Source: Eledone cirrhosa
Lineage: Eukaryota
Direction: 5' to 3'
DNA: 64,000 nt
Assembly (NCBI GenBank): GCA_964016885.1
Contig: CAXHJY010000096.1
Coordinates: 1,302,001-1,366,000, forward strand
The notes below the pieces were generated by a model. The model made no database searches and was not told the origin of the DNA. It saw only the letters and a list, made by a program, of their open reading frames with translations. The translations under genes and the position numbers were made by a program. Positions 1-11,370 of the stretch are shown here, piece by piece. Position 1 is the stretch's first letter, and each line of letters starts with the position of its first letter.

Positions 1-287
1 ATAATTTTCAGCCGTCCAAGGGGAGATAATTTCCCGCCAGCCAAGGGAAGATAATATTCAAAAAAATCAGGCGGAGATAATTTGTAAAAAAAATCAGGGG
101 GAGATAATTTGTAAAAAAATCAGGGGGAGATAATTTGTAAAAAAAAAAATCAGGGGGAGATAATTTGTAAAAAAAATCAGGGGGAGATAATTTGTAAAAA
201 AAAATCAGTGGTAGATAATTTGTAAAAAAAAATCAGGGGGAGATAATTTGTAAAAAAAAATCAGGGGGAGATAATTTGTAAAAAAAA

Positions 288-690
288 TGAAAGGGGAGAT
301 AATATCCAGCCGTCCAAGGGGAGATAATTTCCAGCCGTCCAAGGGGAGATAATTTCCAGCCGTCCAAGGGGAGATAATTTCCATCCTTCCAAGGGGATAT
401 AATTTCCAGCCGTCCAAGGGGAGATAATTTCCATCCTTCCAAGGGGATATAATTTCCAGCCGTCCAAGGGGAGATAATTTTCAGCCGTCCAAGGAGAGGT
501 AATTTCTAGCCGTCCAAGGAGAGATAATTTCCAGCCGTCCAAGGGGAGATAATTTCCAGCCGTCCAAGGGGAGATAATTTCCAGCCGTCCAAGGAGACAT
601 ATTTTCCAGCCGTCCAAGGAGAGGTAATTCCTAGCCGTCCAAGGGGAGATAAATTCCAGCCTCCAAGGGGAGATAATTTCCAGCCAGCCA
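288..690 (+). repeat. Module P: ~16 type A monomers (~400 bp), entered via TGAAAGGGG and exited via CCAGCCAGCC; about 21 copies in the window
   Basis: The same ordered variants (ATATCC, CCATCCTTCC x2, TTTTCAG, GGAGAGGT, GGAGACATATTTT, TTCCTAG, GATAAATTCCAGCCTCC) recur near 3.6, 4.85, 7.07, 10.6, 11.45, 16.6, 22.55, 26.3, 30.5, 31.8, 32.6, 35.5, 39.7, 40.5, 43.4, 47.6, 48.9, 49.7, 55.0 and 62.7 kb. The ORF-track clusters repeat at the same places. Confidence 0.92.
314..363 (+). repeat. Example of the consensus type A monomer, 25 bp (AAGGGGAGATAATTTCCAGCCGTCC), two copies
   Basis: Exact 25-bp periodicity is visible here. On the minus strand three monomers give the 25-aa cycle LDGWKLSPLGRLEIISPWTAGNYLP seen throughout the ORF track. 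Confidence 0.97.
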
Positions 691-878
691 AGGGGAGATA
701 ATTTGTAAAAAAAATCAGGGGGAGATAATTTGTAAAAAAATCAGGGGGAGATAATTTGTAAAAAAAATCAGGGGGAGATAATTTGTAAAAAAAATCAGGG
801 GGAGATAATTTGTAAAAAAAAATCAGGGGTAGATAATTTGTAAAAAAAAATCAGGGGGAGATAATTTGTAAAAAAATC
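690..878 (+). repeat. Example run of type B monomers, 26-28 bp (AGGGGGAGATAATTTGT-A7-9-TC)
   Basis: Seven consecutive B monomers that differ mainly in A-tract length, plus one GGGGT variant. Confidence 0.97.
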
Positions 879-1378
879 AAGGGGAGATAATTTCCAGCCG
901 TCCAAGGGAAGATAATTTCCAGCCCTCCAAGGGGCTATAATTTCCAGCGTCCAAGGGGAGATAATTTCCAGCCAGCGAAGGGGAGATAATTTTTTTAAAA
1001 AAATCATTGGGAGATTTGTAAAAAAAATCAGGGGGAGATAATTTGTAAAAAAAATCAAGGGGAGATAATTTCCAGCCGTCCAAGGGGAGGTAATATCTAG
1101 CCGTCCAAGGGTAGATAATTTCCAGCCGTCCAACGGGAGATAATTTCCAGCCGTCCAAGGGTAGATAATATCCAGCCGCCCAAGGACATATTTTCCAGCC
1201 GTCCAAGGAGAGGTAATTTCTAGCCGTCCAAGGGGAGATAATTTCCAGCCGTCCAAGGGTAGATAATATCCAGCCGTCCAAGGACATATTTTCCAGCCGT
1301 CCAAGGAGAGGTAATTTCTAGCCGTCCAAGGGGAGATAAATTCCAGCCTCCAAGGGGAGATAATTTCCAGCCAGCCAA
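879..1378 (+). repeat. Module Q/R: 4 variant A monomers + TnAm-TCATTGGG junction + B monomers + 8- or 12-monomer A run; about 27 copies
   Basis: The diagnostic string GGGAAGAT...CCCTCCAAGGGGCTAT...CAGCGTCC...CAGCGAAG...TCATTGGGAGATTTGT recurs, e.g. CATTGGG near 1005, 2431, 5808, 7998, 9325, 12349, 16113, 23476, 33332, 50435, 56106 and 63658. Confidence 0.9.
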
Positions 1379-4300
1379 GGGGAGATAATTTGTAAAAAAA
1401 TCAGGGGGAGATAATTTGTAAAAAAAATCAGGGGGAGATAATTTGTAAAAAAAAATCAGGGGGAGATAATTTGTAAAAAAAAATCAGGGGGAGATAATTT
1501 GCAAAAAAAATCAGGGGGAGATAATTTGTAAAAAAAAATCAGGGGTAGATAATTTGTAAAAAAAAATCAGGGGGAGATAATTTGTAAAAAAAAATCAGGG
1601 GGAGATAATTTGTAAAAAAAATCAAGGGGAGATAATTTCCAGCCGTCCAAGGAGATTATAATTTTAAAAAAAATCAGGCGGAGATAATTTGTAAAAAAAA
1701 ATCAGGGGGAGATAATTTGTAAAAAAAAATCAGGGGGAGATAATTTGTAAAAAAAAATCAGGGGGAGATAATTTGTAAAAAAAATCAGGAGGAGATAATT
1801 TGTAAAAAAAATCAAGGGGAGATAATTTCCAGCCGTCCAAGGAGAGATAATTTAAAAAAAAATCAGGCGGAGATAATTTGTAAAAAAAAATCAGGGGGAG
1901 ATAATTTGTAAAAAAAAATCAGGGGGAGATAATTTGTAAAAAAAATCAAGGGGAGATAATTTCCAGCCGTCCAAGGGGAGATAATTTTCAGCCGTCCAAG
2001 GAGAGGTAATTTCTAACCGTCCGAGGAGAGATAATTTCCAGCCGTCCAAGGGGAGATAATTTCCAGCCGTCCAAGGGGAGATAATTTCCAGCCGTCCAAG
2101 GAGACATATTTTCCAGCCGTCCAAGGAGAGGTAATTTCTAGCCGTCCAAGGGGAGATAAATTCCAGCCTCCAAGGGGAGATAATTTCCAGCCAGCCAAGG
2201 GGAGATAATTTGTAAAAAAATCAGGGGGAGATAATTTGCAAAAAAAATCAGGGGGAGATAATTTGTAAAAAAAATCAGGGGGAGATAATTTGTAAAAAAT
2301 AATCAGGGGGAGATAATTTCCAGCCGTCCAAGGGAAGATAATTTCCAGCCCTCCAAGGGGCTATAATTTCCAGTGTCCAAGGGGAGATAATTTCCAGCCA
2401 GCGAAGGGGAGATAATTTTTTTAAAAAAATCATTGGGAGATTTGTAAAAAAAATCAGGGGGATATAATTTGTAAAAAAAATCAAGGGGAGATAATTTCCA
2501 GCCGTCCAAGGGGAGGTAATATCTAGCCGTCCAAGGGGAGATAATTTCCAGCCGTCCAAGGGGAGATAATTTCCAGCCGTCCAAGGGTAGATAATATCCA
2601 GCCGCCCAAGGACATATTTTCCAGCCGTCCAAGGAGAGGTAATTTCTAGCCGTCCAAGGGGAGATAAATTCCAGCCTCCAAGGGGAGATAATTTCCAGCC
2701 AGCCAAGGGGAGATAATTTGTAAAAAAATCAGGGGGAGATAATTTGTAAAAAAAATCAGGGGGAGATAATTTGTAAAAAAAAATCAGGGGGAGATAATTT
2801 GTAAAAAAAAATCAGGGGGAGATAATTTGCAAAAAAAATCAGGGGGAGATAATTTGTAAAAAAAAATCAGGGGTAGATAATTTGTAAAAAAAAATCAGGG
2901 GGAGATAATTTGTAAAAAAAAATCAGGGGGAGATAATTTGTAAAAAAAATCAAGGGGAGATAATTTCCAGCCGTCCAAGGAGAGATAATTTTAAAAAAAA
3001 TCAGGCGGAGATAATTTGTAAAAAAAAATCAGGGGGAGATAATTTGTAAAAAAAATCAGGGGGAGATAATTTGTAAAAAAAAATCAGGGGTAGATAATTT
3101 GTAAAAAAAAATCAGGGGGAGATAATTTGTAAAAAAAAATCAGGGGGAGATAATTTGTAAAAAAAATCAAGGGGAGATAATTTCCAGCCGTCCAAGGAGA
3201 GATAATTTTAAAAAAAATCAGGCGGAGATAATTTGTAAAAAAAAATTAGGGGGAGATAATTTGTAAAAAAAAATCAGGGGGAGATAATTTGTAAAAAAAA
3301 TCAAGGGGAGATAATTTCCAGCCGTCCAAGGGGAGATAATTTTCAGCCGTCCAAGGGGAGATAATTTCCCGCCAGCCAAGGGAAGATAATATTCAAAAAA
3401 ATCAGGCGGAGATAATTTGTAAAAAAAATCAGGGGGAGATAATTTGTAAAAAAATCAGGGGGAGATAATTTGTAAAAAAAAAAATCAGGGGGAGATAATT
3501 TGTAAAAAAAATCAGGGGGAGATAATTTGTAAAAAAAAATCAGGGGTAGATAATTTGTAAAAAAAAATCAGGGGGAGATAATTTGTAAAAAAAAATCAGG
3601 GGGAGATAATTTGTAAAAAAAATGAAAGGGGAGATAATATCCAGCCGTCCAAGGGGAGATAATTTCCAGCCGTCCAAGGGGAGATAATTTCCAGCCGTCC
3701 AAGGGGAGAAAATTTCCATCCTTCCAAGGGGATATAATTTCCAGCCGTCCAAGGGGAGATAATTTCCATCCTTCCAAGGGGATATAATTTCCAGCCGTCC
3801 AAGGGGAGATAATTTTCAGCCGTCCAAGGAGAGGTAATTTCTAGCCGTCCAAGGAGAGATAATTTCCAGCCGTCCAAGGGGAGATAATTTCCAGCCGTCC
3901 AAGGGGAGATAATTTCCAGCCGTCCAAGGAGACATATTTTCCAGCCGTCCAAGGAGAGGTAATTCCTAGCCGTCCAAGGGGAGATAAATTCCAGCCTCCA
4001 AGGGGAGATAATTTCCAGCCAGCCAAGGGGAGATAATTTGTAAAAAAAATCAGGGGGAGATAATTTCTAAAAAAAATCAGGGGGAGATAATTTGTAAAAA
4101 AAAATCAGGGGGAGATAATTTGTAAAAAATAATCAGGGGGAGATAATTTGTAAAAAAAATCAAGGGGAGATAATTTCCAGCCGTCCAAGGGGAGATAATT
4201 TTCAGCCGTCCAAGGGGAGATAATTTCCCGCCAGCCAAGGGAAGATAATATTTAAAAAAATTAGGCGGAGATAATTTGTAAAAAAAATCAGGGGGAGATA

Positions 4301-5599
4301 ATTTGTAAAAAAATCAGGGGGAGATAATTTGTAAAAAAAATCAGGGGGAGATAATTTGTAAAAAAAATCAGGGGGAGATAATTTGTAAAAAAAAATCAGG
4401 GGTAGATAATTTGTAAAAAAAAATCAGGGGGAGATAATTTGTAAAAAAAAATCAGGGGGAGATAATTTGTAAAAAAAATCAAGGGGAGATAATTTCCAGC
4501 AGTCCAAGGAGAGATAATTTTAAAAAAAATCAGGCGGAGATAATTTGTAAAAAAAAATCAGGGGGAGATAATTTGTAAAAAAAATCAAGGGGAGATAATT
4601 TCCAGCCGTCCAAGGGGAGATAATTTTCAGCCGTCCAAGGGGAGATAATTTCCCGCCAGCCAAGGGAAGATAATATTCAAAAAAATCAGGCGGAGATAAT
4701 TTGTAAAAAAAAAAATCAGGGGGAGATAATTTGTAAAAAAAATCAGGGGGAGATAATTTGTAAAAAAAAATCAGGGGTAGATAATTTGTAAAAAAAAATC
4801 AGGGGGAGATAATTTGTAAAAAAAAATCAGGGGGAGATAATTTGTAAAAAAAATGAAAGGGGAGATAATATCCAGCCGTCCAAGGGGAGATAATTTCCAG
4901 CCGTCCAAGGGGAGATAATTTCCAGCCGTCCAAGGGGAGATAATTTCCATCCTTCCAAGGGGATATAATTTCCAGCCGTCCAAGGGGAGATAATTTCCAT
5001 CCTTCCAAGGGGATATAATTTCCAGCCGTCCAAGGGGAGATAATTTTCAGCCGTCCAAGGAGAGGTAATTTCTAGCCGTCCAAGGAGAGATAATTTCCAG
5101 CCGTCCAAGGGGAGATAATTTCCAGCCGTCCAAGGGGAGATAATTTCCAGCCGTCCAAGGAGACATTTTCCAGCCGTCCAAGGAGAGGTAATTCCTAGCC
5201 GTCCAAGGGGAGATAAATTCCAGCCTCCAAGGGGAGATAATTTCCAGCCAGCCAAGGGGAGATAATTTGTAAAAAAAATCAGGGGGAGATAATTTGTAAA
5301 AAAAATCAGGGGGAGATAATTTGTAAAAAAAAATCAGGGGGAGATAATTTGTAAAAAATAATCAGGGGGAGATAATTTGTAAAAAAAATCAAGGGGAGAT
5401 AATTTCCAGCCGTCCAAGGGGAGATAATTTTCAGCCGTCCAAGGGGAGATAATTTCCCGCCAGCCAAGGGAAGATAATATTTTAAAAAATTAGGCGGAGA
5501 TAATTTGTAAAAAAAATCAGGGGGAGATAATTTGTAAAAAAATCAGGGGGAGATAATTTGTAAAAAAAATCAGGGGGAGATAATTTGTAAAAAAAATCA

Positions 5600-8500
5600 G
5601 GGGGAGATAATTTGTAAAAAAAAATCAGGGGTAGATAATTTGTAAAAAAAAATCAGGGGGAGATAATTTGTAAAAAAAATCAAGGGGAGATAATTTCCAG
5701 CCGTCCAAGGGAAGATAATTTCCAGCCCTCCAAGGGGCTATAATTTCCAGCGTCCAAGGGGAGATAATTTCCAGCCAGCGAAGGGGAGATAATTTTTTAA
5801 AAAAAATCATTGGGAGATTTGTAAAAAAAATCAGGGGGAGATAATTTGTAAAAAAAATCAAGGGGAGATAATTTCCAGCCGTCCAAGGGGAGGTAATATC
5901 TAGCCGTCCAAGGGTAGATAATTTCCAGCCGTCCAACGGGAGATAATTTCCAGCCGTCCAAGGGTAGATAATATCCAGCCGCCCAAGGACATATTTTCCA
6001 GCCGTCCAAGGAGAGGTAATTTCTAGCCGTCCAAGGGGAGATAATTTCCAGCCGTCCAAGGGTAGATAATATCCAGCCGTCCAAGGACATATTTTCCAGC
6101 CGTCCAAGGAGAGGTAATTTCTAGCCGTCCAAGGGGAGATAAATTCCAGCCTCCAAGGGGAGATAATTTCCAGCCAGCCAAGGGGAGATAATTTGTAAAA
6201 AAATCAGGGGGAGATAATTTGTAAAAAAAATCAGGGGGAGATAATTTGTAAAAAAAAATCAGGGGGAGATAATTTGTAAAAAAAAATCAGGGGGAGATAA
6301 TTTGCAAAAAAAATCAGGGGGAGATAATTTGTAAAAAAAAATCAGGGGTAGATAATTTGTAAAAAAAAATCAGGGGGAGATAATTTGTAAAAAAAAATCA
6401 GGGGGAGATAATTTGTAAAAAAAATCAAGGGGAGATAATTTCCAGCCGTCCAAGGAGAGATAATTTTAAAAAAAATCAGGCGGAGATAATTTGTAAAAAA
6501 AAATCAGGGGGAGATAATTTGTAAAAAAAAATCAGGGGGAGATAATTTGTAAAAAAAAATCAGGGGGAGATAATTTGTAAAAAAAATCAGGAGGAGATAA
6601 TTTGTAAAAAAAATCAAGGGGAGATAATTTCCAGCCGTCCAAGGAGAGATAATTTAAAAAAAAATCAGGCGGAGATAATTTGTAAAAAAAAATTAGGGGG
6701 AGATAATTTGTAAAAAAAAATCAGGGGGAGATAATTTGTAAAAAAAATCAAGGGGAGATAATTTCCAGCCGTCCAAGGGGAGATAATTTTCAGCCGTCCA
6801 AGGGGAGATAATTTCCCGCCAGCCAAGGGAAGATAATATTCAAAAAAATCAGGCGGAGATAATTTGTAAAAAAAATCAGGGGGAGATAATTTGTAAAAAA
6901 ATCAGGGGGAGATAATTTGTAAAAAAAAAAATCAGGGGGAGATAATTTTTAAAAAAAATCAGGGGGAGATAATTTGTAAAAAAAAATCAGGGGTAGATAA
7001 TTTGTAAAAAAAAATCAGGGGGAGATAATTTGTAAAAAAAAATCAGGGGGAGATAATTTGTAAAAAAAATGAAAGGGGAGATAATATCCAGCCGTCCAAG
7101 GGGAGATAATTTCCAGCCGTCCAAGGGGAGATAATTTCCAGCCGTCCAAGGGGAGATAATTTCCATCCTTCCAAGGGGATATAATTTCCAGCCGTCCAAG
7201 GGGAGATAATTTCCATCCTTCCAAGGGGATATAATTTCCAGCCGTCCAAGGGGAGATAATTTTCAGCCGTCCAAGGAGAGGTAATTTCTAGCCGTCCAAG
7301 GAGAGATAATTTCCAGCCGTCCAAGGGGAGATAATTTCCAGCCGTCCAAGGGGAGATAATTTCCAGCCGTCCAAGGAGACATATTTTCCAGCCGTCCAAG
7401 GAGAGGTAATTCCTAGCCGTCCAAGGGGAGATAAATTCCAGCCTCCAAGGGGAGATAATTTCCAGCCAGCCAAGGGGAGATAATTTGTAAAAAAAATCAG
7501 GGGGAGATAATTTGTAAAAAAAATCAGGGGGAGATAATTTGTAAAAAAAAATCAGGGGGAGATAATTTGTAAAAAATAATCAGGGGGAGATAATTTGTAA
7601 AAAAAATCAAGGGGAGATAATTTCCAGCCGTCCAAGGGGAGATAATTTTCAGCCGTCCAAGGGGAGATAATTTCCCGCCAGCCAAGGGAAGATAATATTT
7701 AAAAAAATTAGGCGGAGATAATTTGTAAAAAAAATCAGGGGGAGATAATTTGTAAAAAAATCAGGGGGAGATAATTTGTAAAAAAAATCAGGGGGAGATA
7801 ATTTGTAAAAAAAATCAGGGGGAGATAATTTGTAAAAAAAAATCAGGGGGAGATAATTTGTAAAAAAAATCAAGGGGAGATAATTTCCAGCCGTCCAAGG
7901 GAAGATAATTTCCAGCCCTCCAAGGGGCTATAATTTCCAGCGTCCAAGGGGAGATAATTTCCAGCCAGCGAAGGGGAGATAATTTTTTTTAAAAAATCAT
8001 TGGGAGATTTGTAAAAAAAATCAGGGGGAGATAATTTGTAAAAAAAATCAAGGGGAGATAATTTCCAGCCGTCCAAGGGGAGGTAATATCTAGCCGTCCA
8101 AGGGGAGATAATTTCCAGCCGTCCAAGGGGAGATAATTTCCAGCCGTCCAAGGGTAGATAATATCCAGCCGTCCAAGGACATATTTTCCAGCCGTCCAAG
8201 GAGAGGTAATTTCTAGCCGTCCAAGGGGAGATAAATTCCAGCCTCCAAGGTGAGATAATTTCCAGCCAGCCAAGGGGAGATAATTTGTAAAAAAATCAGG
8301 GGGAGATAATTTGTAAAAAAAATCAGGGGGAGATAATTTGTAAAAAAAAATCAGGGGGAGATAATTTGTAAAAAAAATCAGGGGGAGATAATTTGTAAAA
8401 AAAAATCAGGGGGAGATAATTTGTAAAAAAAATCAAGGGGAGATAATTTCCAGCCGTCCAAGGGGAGATAATTTCCCGCCAGCCAAGGGAAGATAATATT

Positions 8501-11300
8501 TAAAAAAATCAGGCGGAGATAATTTGTAAAAAAAATCAGGGGGAGATAATTTGTAAAAAAATCAGGGGGAGATAATTTGTAAAAAAAAAATCAGGGGGAG
8601 ATAATTTGTAAAAAAAATCAGGGGGAGATAATTTGTAAAAAAAAATCAGGGGTAGATAAATTGTAAAAAAAAATCAGGGGGAGATAATTTGTAAAAAAAA
8701 TCAGGGGGAGATAATTTGTAAAAAACATGAAAGGGGAGATAATATCCAGCCGTCCAAGGGGAGATAATTTCCAGCCGTCCAAGGGGAGATAATTTCCAGC
8801 CGTCCAAGGGGAGATAATTTCCATCCTTCCAAGGGGATATAATTTCCAGCCGTCCAAGGGGAGATAATTTCCCGCCAGCCAAGGGAAGATAATTTTTAAA
8901 AAAATCAGGCGGAGATTGTAAAAAAAATCAGGGGGGAGATAATTTGTAAAAAAATCAGGGGGAGATAATTTGTAAAAAAAAATCAGGGGGAGATAATTTG
9001 TAAAAAATAATCAGGGGGAGATAATTTGTAAAAAAAAATCAAGGGGAGATAATTTCCAGCCGTCCAAGGGGAGATAATTTCCCGCCAGCCAAGGGAAGAT
9101 AATATTTAAAAAAATTAGGCGGAGATAATTTGTAAAAAAAATCAGGGGTAGATAATTTGTAAAAAAAAATGAGGGGGAGATAATTTGTAAAAAAAATCAA
9201 GGGGAGATAATTTCCAGCCGTCCAAGGGAAGATAATTTCCAGCCCTCCAAGGGGCTATAATTTCCAGCGTCCAAGGGGAGATAATTTCCAGCCAGCGAAG
9301 GGGAGATAATTTTTTTAAAAAAATCATTGGGAGATTTGTAAAAAAAATCAGGGGGAGATAATTTGTAAAAAAAATCAAGGGGAGATAATTTCCAGCCGTC
9401 CAAGGGGAGGTAATATCTAGCCGTCCAAGGGTAGATAATTTCCAGCCGTCCAACGGGAGATAATTTCCAGCCGTCCAAGGGTAGATAATATCCAGCCGCC
9501 CAAGGACATATTTTCCAGCCGTCCAAGGAGAGGTAATTTCTAGCCGTCCAAGGGGAGATAATTTCCAGCCGTCCAAGGGTAGATAATATCCAGCCGTCCA
9601 AGGACATATTTTCCAGCCGTCCAAGGAGAGGTAATTTCTAGCCGTCCAAGGGGAGATAAATTCCAGCCTCCAAGGGGAGATAATTTCCAGCCAGCCAAGG
9701 GGAGATAATTTGTAAAAAAATCAGGGGGAGATAATTTGTAAAAAAAATCAGGGGGAGATAATTTGTAAAAAAAAATCAGGGAGAGATAATTTGTAAAAAA
9801 AAATCAGGGGGAGATAATTTGCAAAAAAAATCAGGGGGAGATAATTTGTAAAAAAAAATCAGGGGTAGATAATTTGTAAAAAAAAATCAGGGGGAGATAA
9901 TTTGTAAAAAAAAATCAGGGGGAGATAATTTGTAAAAAAAATCAAGGGGAGATAATTTCCAGCCGTCCAAGGAGAGATAATTTAAAAAAAAATCAGGCGG
10001 AGATAATTTGTAAAAAAAAATCAGGGGGAGATAATTTGTAAAAAAAAATCAGGGGGAGATAATTTGTAAAAAAAAATCAGGGGGAGATAATTTGTAAAAA
10101 AAATCAGGAGGAGATAATTTGTAAAAAAAATCAAGGGGAGATAATTTCCAGCCGTCCAAGGAGAGATAATTTAAAAAAAAATCAGGCGGAGATAATTTGT
10201 AAAAAAAAATCAGGGGGAGATAATTTGTAAAAAAAAATCAGGGGGAGATAATTTGTAAAAAAAATCAAGGGGAGATAATTTCCAGCCGTCCAAGGGGAGA
10301 TAATTTTCAGCCGTCCAAGGGGAGATAATTTCCCGCCAGCCAAGGGAAGATAATATTCAAAAAAATCAGGCGGAGATAATTTGTAAAAAAAATCAGGGGG
10401 AGATAATTTGTAAAAAAATCAGGGGGAGATAATTTGTAAAAAAAAAAATCAGGGGGAGATAATTTTTAAAAAAAATCAGGGGGAGATAATTTGTAAAAAA
10501 AAATCAGGGGTAGATAATTTGTAAAAAAAAATCAGGGGGAGATAATTTGTAAAAAAAAATCAGGGGGAGATAATTTGTAAAAAAAATGAAAGGGGAGATA
10601 ATATCCAGCCGTCCAAGGGGAGATAATTTCCAGCCGTCCAAGGGGAGATAATTTCCAGCCGTCCAAGGAGAGATAATTTCCATCCTTCCAAGGGGATATA
10701 ATTTCCAGCCGTCCAAGGGGAGATAATTTCCATCCTTCCAAGGGGATATAATTTCCAGCCGTCCAAGGGGAGATAATTTTCAGCCGTCCAAGGAGAGGTA
10801 ATTTCTAGCCGTCCAAGGAGAGATAATTTCCAGCCGTCCAAGGGGAGATAATTTCCAGCCGTCCAAGGGGAGATAATTTCCAGCCGTCCAAGGAGACATA
10901 TTTTCCAGCCGTCCAAGGAGAGGTAATTCCTAGCCGTCCAAGGGGAGATAAATTCCAGCCTCCAAGGGGAGATAATTTCCAGCCAGCCAAGGGGAGATAA
11001 TTTGTAAAAAAAATCAGGGGGAGATAATTTGTAAAAAAAATCAGGGGGAGATAATTTGTAAAAAAAAATCAGGGGGAGATAATTTGTAAAAAATAATCAG
11101 GGGGAGATAATTTGTAAAAAAAATCAAGGGGAGATAATTTCCAGCCGTCCAAGGGGAGATAATTTTCAGCCGTCCAAGGGGAGATAATTTCCCGCCAGCC
11201 AAGGGAAGATAATATTTAAAAAAATTAGGCGGAGATAATTTGTAAAAAAAATCAGGGGGAGATAATTTGTAAAAAAATCAGGGGGAGATAATTTGTAAAA
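5600..11300 (+). repeat. Partial, slightly diverged tandem duplication, period 3,517 bp
   Basis: ORF offsets 5625->9142 and 6987->10504 are both 3,517. The variant ATAATTTTTAAAAAAAATC occurs at about 6945 and 10462. Several SNPs differ and the second copy is incomplete. Confidence 0.75.
8728..8940 (+). repeat. Short form of module P (6 A monomers, single CCATCCTTCC, then GGCGGAGATTGT and G6); about 9 copies
   Basis: Recurs near 12.94, 18.1, 24.2, 28.0, 37.2, 45.1, 57.4 and 59.1 kb with the 4-bp-deleted core GGAGATTGT. Confidence 0.85.
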
Positions 11301-11370
11301 AAAAAAATCAGGGGGAGATAATTTTTAAAAAAAATCAGGGGGAGATAATTTGTAAAAAAAAATCAGGGGT

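Noticed and set aside
690-878. Canonical G-quadruplex from repeated G4-G5 tracts
   Set aside because: Loops of about 21-23 nt far exceed the usual 1-7 nt, so stable intramolecular G4 is not supported from sequence alone.
985-1010. T7A7 palindrome or T-runs as intrinsic terminators; TATAAT in GGGGCTATAAT and GGGGATATAAT as -10 promoter boxes
   Set aside because: There is no GC stem and no associated gene. These motifs are one or two substitutions from the repeat core.
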